Position numbers and translations under genes: made by a program
From: a virus
Strand: one strand, 5' to 3'
DNA: 25,723 nt
IMG/VR virus record: IMGVR_UViG_3300029394_000350
Span: 1 to 25,723 of that record
Notes under the pieces: generated by a model
Databases searched by the model: none
Seen by the model: only the letters and a program-made list of their open reading frames with translations
Told to the model about the DNA's origin: nothing
Shown: piece by piece, positions 23,404-25,723 of the stretch
Numbering within the stretch: the stretch's first letter is position 1
Layout of the letters: the number at the start of each line of letters is the position of its first letter

Positions 23404-23604
23404 ATGACTATTCAAGAATTTGTTGATTGGGTGCAGTCCAGATACCATTTGCGATCCAAAACTTCTGCGGTCAAAAAGGCTGCGCAAGTGTTGCGTGTGA
23501 CGGAAATGGCGGTGTGGCAATGGTTGGGCGGGTCCAGAAAAACGAGTCCTTCCATGGAGCTGTTGATGGAGCTAATCACCCGTCACGGATTGCCGGAAGA
23601 ATAG
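23404..23604 (+). CDS. Small HTH DNA-binding protein (Cro/Aca/YdaS-like), 66 aa
   Basis: KKAAQVLRVTEMAVWQWLGG fits a helix-turn-helix. Its size and position after an operator-controlled promoter suggest an autoregulator. Confidence 0.6.
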   Translation: MTIQEFVDWVQSRYHLRSKTSAVKKAAQVLRVTEMAVWQWLGGSRKTSPSMELLMELITRHGLPEE

Positions 23605-23607
23605 GCC

Positions 23608-23641
23608 TATACGAGATTCCAGGGTATACGAGATTCCAGGG
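23608..23641. repeat. Perfect 17-bp tandem duplication TATACGAGATTCCAGGG x2
   Basis: Copies at 23608-23624 and 23625-23641, filling the gap between the convergent HTH gene and DnaC-like gene. Confidence 0.9.
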
Positions 23642-24382
23642 CTATTCCCGGGGATGGTAATTGATCTCGCGGTAGGATTTCCAACCACAGGTGATGATGG
23701 TGCCGCAAAGGTGGATGCGGGAAACAATGGCCGGCCCGAGTCGATCTTCAAGGGCGGCGGGGCTGTAGTTGGAGATGATGATGGTCGGTTTGCCGTTCTG
23801 GTGCCGATAGTCAATGAGCCTTTCCAGCGCGGCGCCTGCAAAGTCCGTGTCCTTGACCTCGTGATACTCGTCCAGCACCAGAAGATACGGGGCCTTGTAT
23901 CGCTTCATAACATCGGATTCCGAGCCGTTGCCGTTAAACGTCTCTCTCAAGTCCATCGTGTAATCATAGGCCTTGGTATAGAGGACGCGCCTCTTTCGCC
24001 TGTACATGAGGCGTCCAAGAAACGTGCTCAATACCGTTTTCCCGGTGCCGTATCGCCCGTTCAGTACAATGATACTCCCAGGCGTCAAAACGAGGCGGTA
24101 GGCATCACGCAGGGCTTTCTTCCATGGTTCCCCGGTTACTTCGTCAAGGCAATCAATAGCTCGGCGGGGAAAACCGCGGTCAATCAGGCCAAGGCGTTCG
24201 TATGCCGCTCGGCGTTCTTCTTCCCGCTGCTTTTCAGCAGCCAGAGCTTCCGCTTCAAGCTCTTCAATGCTTCTTCCGTCGTCCTCGGCAAGAAGGGTGA
24301 TGGATTCCAGGAGGCTTTCAAGATTAACTCCCTTCAGTCCTCCCTGGGGTTTAATGGGTTCGTCAATCTTTCCAGAGGTCAT
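23642..24382 (-). CDS. DnaC/IstB-like AAA+ ATPase (helicase loader), 246 aa
   Basis: Walker A GRYGTGKT, Walker B LLVLDEYH, sensor-like IIISN. It overlaps the 3' end of the upstream replication gene. Confidence 0.85.
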   Translation of the reverse strand: MTSGKIDEPIKPQGGLKGVNLESLLESITLLAEDDGRSIEELEAEALAAEKQREEERRAAYERLGLIDRGFPRRAIDCLDEVTGEPWKKALRDAYRLVLTPGSIIVLNGRYGTGKTVLSTFLGRLMYRRKRRVLYTKAYDYTMDLRETFNGNGSESDVMKRYKAPYLLVLDEYHEVKDTDFAGAALERLIDYRHQNGKPTIIISNYSPAALEDRLGPAIVSRIHLCGTIITCGWKSYREINYHPRE

Positions 24383-25130
24383 CTCTTCTTGATGGTTTAG
24401 TCGTTGATTTTGGCTTGGTTCCCACGGTATTGGCGGGTTTCATCCCGGGCGCGGCCGCATTGTTCCGGGCCCAGGTGGCAGCGTATTGGCGAGCCATGGG
24501 CCGCCAGTCCGCCAGGGGGACGCCGTGCCGGTTTCGCCATCCAACGGCGGACTGTTCGTCGAAAAACCGTTCCGCGCACCGGGTCAGCTCGTCTCCAAGC
24601 GGGTGCAGAACCTGGGCGGCCATAAAGCGGTCAACCTCGGTAACGTCCTTCGGAAATTGGCAAACCTCGCGCCCGGTTGTAGTTGTAGTAGTATTATTAT
24701 CTTCTCTTCTCTTCTCTGGTAACGGTTTTTGTAACGGTTCAAGCGTTACATTTGCGTTACATGTTTTTGCAACTCGCTCATGATGAGCTTTTCTGCTATT
24801 CGCGACACGGCGGTTCGTATTGGCCCTATTCTTGGCGGATTGGCCGTTGTGGCGGTCAAAATTGGGGATTGAAAGGAGGCCCTCGCGTCCATTCAACCAG
24901 CCGACTTTGACAAGCCCAGCGGCGAAGCCGGGGCAGAATACGAGACGGTCGAGAAACGAATTTGTAACGGTAATGGCGTTACCAGAAACGGATTGTTGAT
25001 CAGCCCAAATCCAGAGGCGAAGCAGCTTGCCGACAACGGCATCCTGATCAATTCCAAGGATGCCGGCCAGCTTCACCACTTCGGGTTTGTCCGGTGTCGT
25101 GTGTTCCACCTTGATCCAGTCTCCGGCCAT
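24363..25130 (-). CDS. Phage replication initiator / replisome-organiser-like protein, 255 aa
   Basis: The N-terminus WIKVEHTTPDKPEVVKLAGILGIDQDAVVGKLLRLWIWAD is a pattern common to phage replication/organiser proteins. It sits directly upstream of the DnaC-like loader. Confidence 0.6.
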   Translation of the reverse strand: MAGDWIKVEHTTPDKPEVVKLAGILGIDQDAVVGKLLRLWIWADQQSVSGNAITVTNSFLDRLVFCPGFAAGLVKVGWLNGREGLLSIPNFDRHNGQSAKNRANTNRRVANSRKAHHERVAKTCNANVTLEPLQKPLPEKRREDNNTTTTTTGREVCQFPKDVTEVDRFMAAQVLHPLGDELTRCAERFFDEQSAVGWRNRHGVPLADWRPMARQYAATWARNNAAAPGMKPANTVGTKPKSTTKPSRRDDLWKD

Positions 25131-25142
25131 ATCAAAAAAGCG

Positions 25143-25613
25143 TCAGTTGGGGGTTGTAGATTTCATAAAGACCAGGAAGACGGTCTTCCCGCGGCGGTGT
25201 CCGAACAAAGGTTCATGGCTGGCCAGCTTCAACACTTCTGCCGTGCTGACCTGATCCTCACACCATTTGAACACCAGAACGCCGCCCGGTTCCAAAACCC
25301 GGAAACACTCCCGGAAACCGGCCTTCAAATCCTCCTGCCAAGTCTCCCTGTCCAGTTTTCCGTATTTCTTGGCCAGCCAGGACGATTCCCCGGCGTGAAT
25401 CAGGTGCGGAGGGTCGAACACGACAAGGCGAAACGCCCCGTCACTGAAAGGCATGGCCCGGAAGTCTCCGACGACATCCGGCTTGATTTCCAGAGTGCGC
25501 CCGTCGCAAAGCGTGTGTGTTTCCTCCCGGCGGTCCATGAACACCACGTCAGGATGGCGGCGGTCAAACCAGAACATGCGGGAGCCGCAGCAGGCATCAA
25601 GCACAGGCTTCAC
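25143..25613 (-). CDS. SAM-dependent DNA amino-methyltransferase (N6A/N4C type), orphan, 156 aa
   Basis: Motif I-like VLDACCGS and motif IV DPPH. GTG start overlaps the upstream stop (GTGA). No nuclease partner is visible in the window. Confidence 0.7.
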   Translation of the reverse strand: MKPVLDACCGSRMFWFDRRHPDVVFMDRREETHTLCDGRTLEIKPDVVGDFRAMPFSDGAFRLVVFDPPHLIHAGESSWLAKKYGKLDRETWQEDLKAGFRECFRVLEPGGVLVFKWCEDQVSTAEVLKLASHEPLFGHRRGKTVFLVFMKSTTPN

Positions 25614-25723
25614 TTGCCCTCCTTTCCGTCCGCCAGGGTTTCCCCCACCTGGGCGGGTGCGTTTTCCAGCGAGTTATGCGGATTCACATCCGTGTTCTCC
25701 CCCGCGGCGTCCGCCGTGTATTT
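25610..25723 (-). CDS. 3' end of an upstream minus-strand ORF (37 codons, truncated by the window edge)
   Basis: Open frame from the window edge to TGA 25610-25612 (...NAPAQVGETLADGKEGK*), overlapping the methyltransferase start. Confidence 0.4.
   Translation of the reverse strand, partial: KYTADAAGENTDVNPHNSLENAPAQVGETLADGKEGK

Larger units (their letters stand above)
1..25723. mobile_element. Prophage segment (temperate tailed phage): integrase, late/structural operon, lysis genes, accessory cassette, replication genes
   Basis: Integrase is followed by a contiguous, overlapping-stop/start minus-strand set of terminase, portal, protease, capsid, tail, fibre and endolysin genes, then replication genes. 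Both window edges lie inside the element, or at its int end. Confidence 0.85.

Noticed and set aside
1-25723. Stop-codon reassignment (TGA->Trp or TAG->Gln, as in some gut phages) as an explanation for genes lacking starts.
   Set aside because: The stops closing the upstream extensions of the amidase, capsid, portal and tail-tip frames are TAA, which is not reassigned. The terS frame is closed by consecutive TGA and TAG. Many TGA and TAG stops coincide with ATGA/GTGA-type coupled starts, consistent with the standard code. Only the single UGA at 12066-12068 remains a readthrough candidate.
1-25723. Search for CRISPR arrays, tRNA/tmRNA genes, IS elements and toxin-antitoxin pairs.
   Set aside because: There are no spaced direct-repeat arrays, no cloverleaf-compatible sequence (no GTTCRANYC T-loop context in the intergenic regions), no transposase-like ORF and no recognisable toxin fold. 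The only small HTH gene is paired with a 201-aa acidic protein rather than a toxin-sized partner.

Overview
The window is almost entirely one integrated temperate tailed phage. All family calls come from motif recognition by eye; no database search was run.

Layout:
- 1-1188 (+): tyrosine integrase.
- 1222-21876 (-): a tightly packed late operon. Reading right to left it holds small and large terminase, a DUF935/Mu gp29-like portal, a Mu gpI-like protease/scaffold, a DUF2190-like decoration protein, the major capsid protein and connector/neck genes. These are followed by a putative tube protein, a collagen-like fibre and a lysis cassette with an Amidase_3 endolysin. Next come an Ig/BACON-repeat tail protein, a tape-measure-like protein, a low-GC GYF_2 membrane moron, a 713-aa tail-tip protein and a GT-A glycosyltransferase-like moron next to int.
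- 21961-23604 (+): a double zinc-ribbon gene, a strong bidirectional terminator, then an operator-gated promoter driving a very acidic 201-aa protein and a 66-aa HTH protein.
- 23642-25723 (-): replication genes (DnaC-like loader, replisome-organiser-like protein), an orphan amino-methyltransferase and a partial ORF.

I saw no rRNA, tRNA, CRISPR array, transposase or reverse transcriptase.

Most interesting observations:
1. The acidic-protein + HTH cassette has the architecture of acr-aca / anti-restriction operons.
2. A UGA-C stop followed by a GC hairpin separates the 196-aa structural gene from the collagen-like fibre, in the same frame, with 38 sense codons and no start codon between them. 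This suggests readthrough or unconventional initiation.
3. Several late genes (terS, endolysin, capsid, portal) have clearly or plausibly coding N-termini with no ATG/GTG/TTG. terS needs a +1 shift from a 7-codon ATG leader.
4. A two-block nucleotide motif lies in phase upstream of three unrelated structural genes.
5. Two morons (GYF_2 membrane protein, glycosyltransferase) sit in the tail region.
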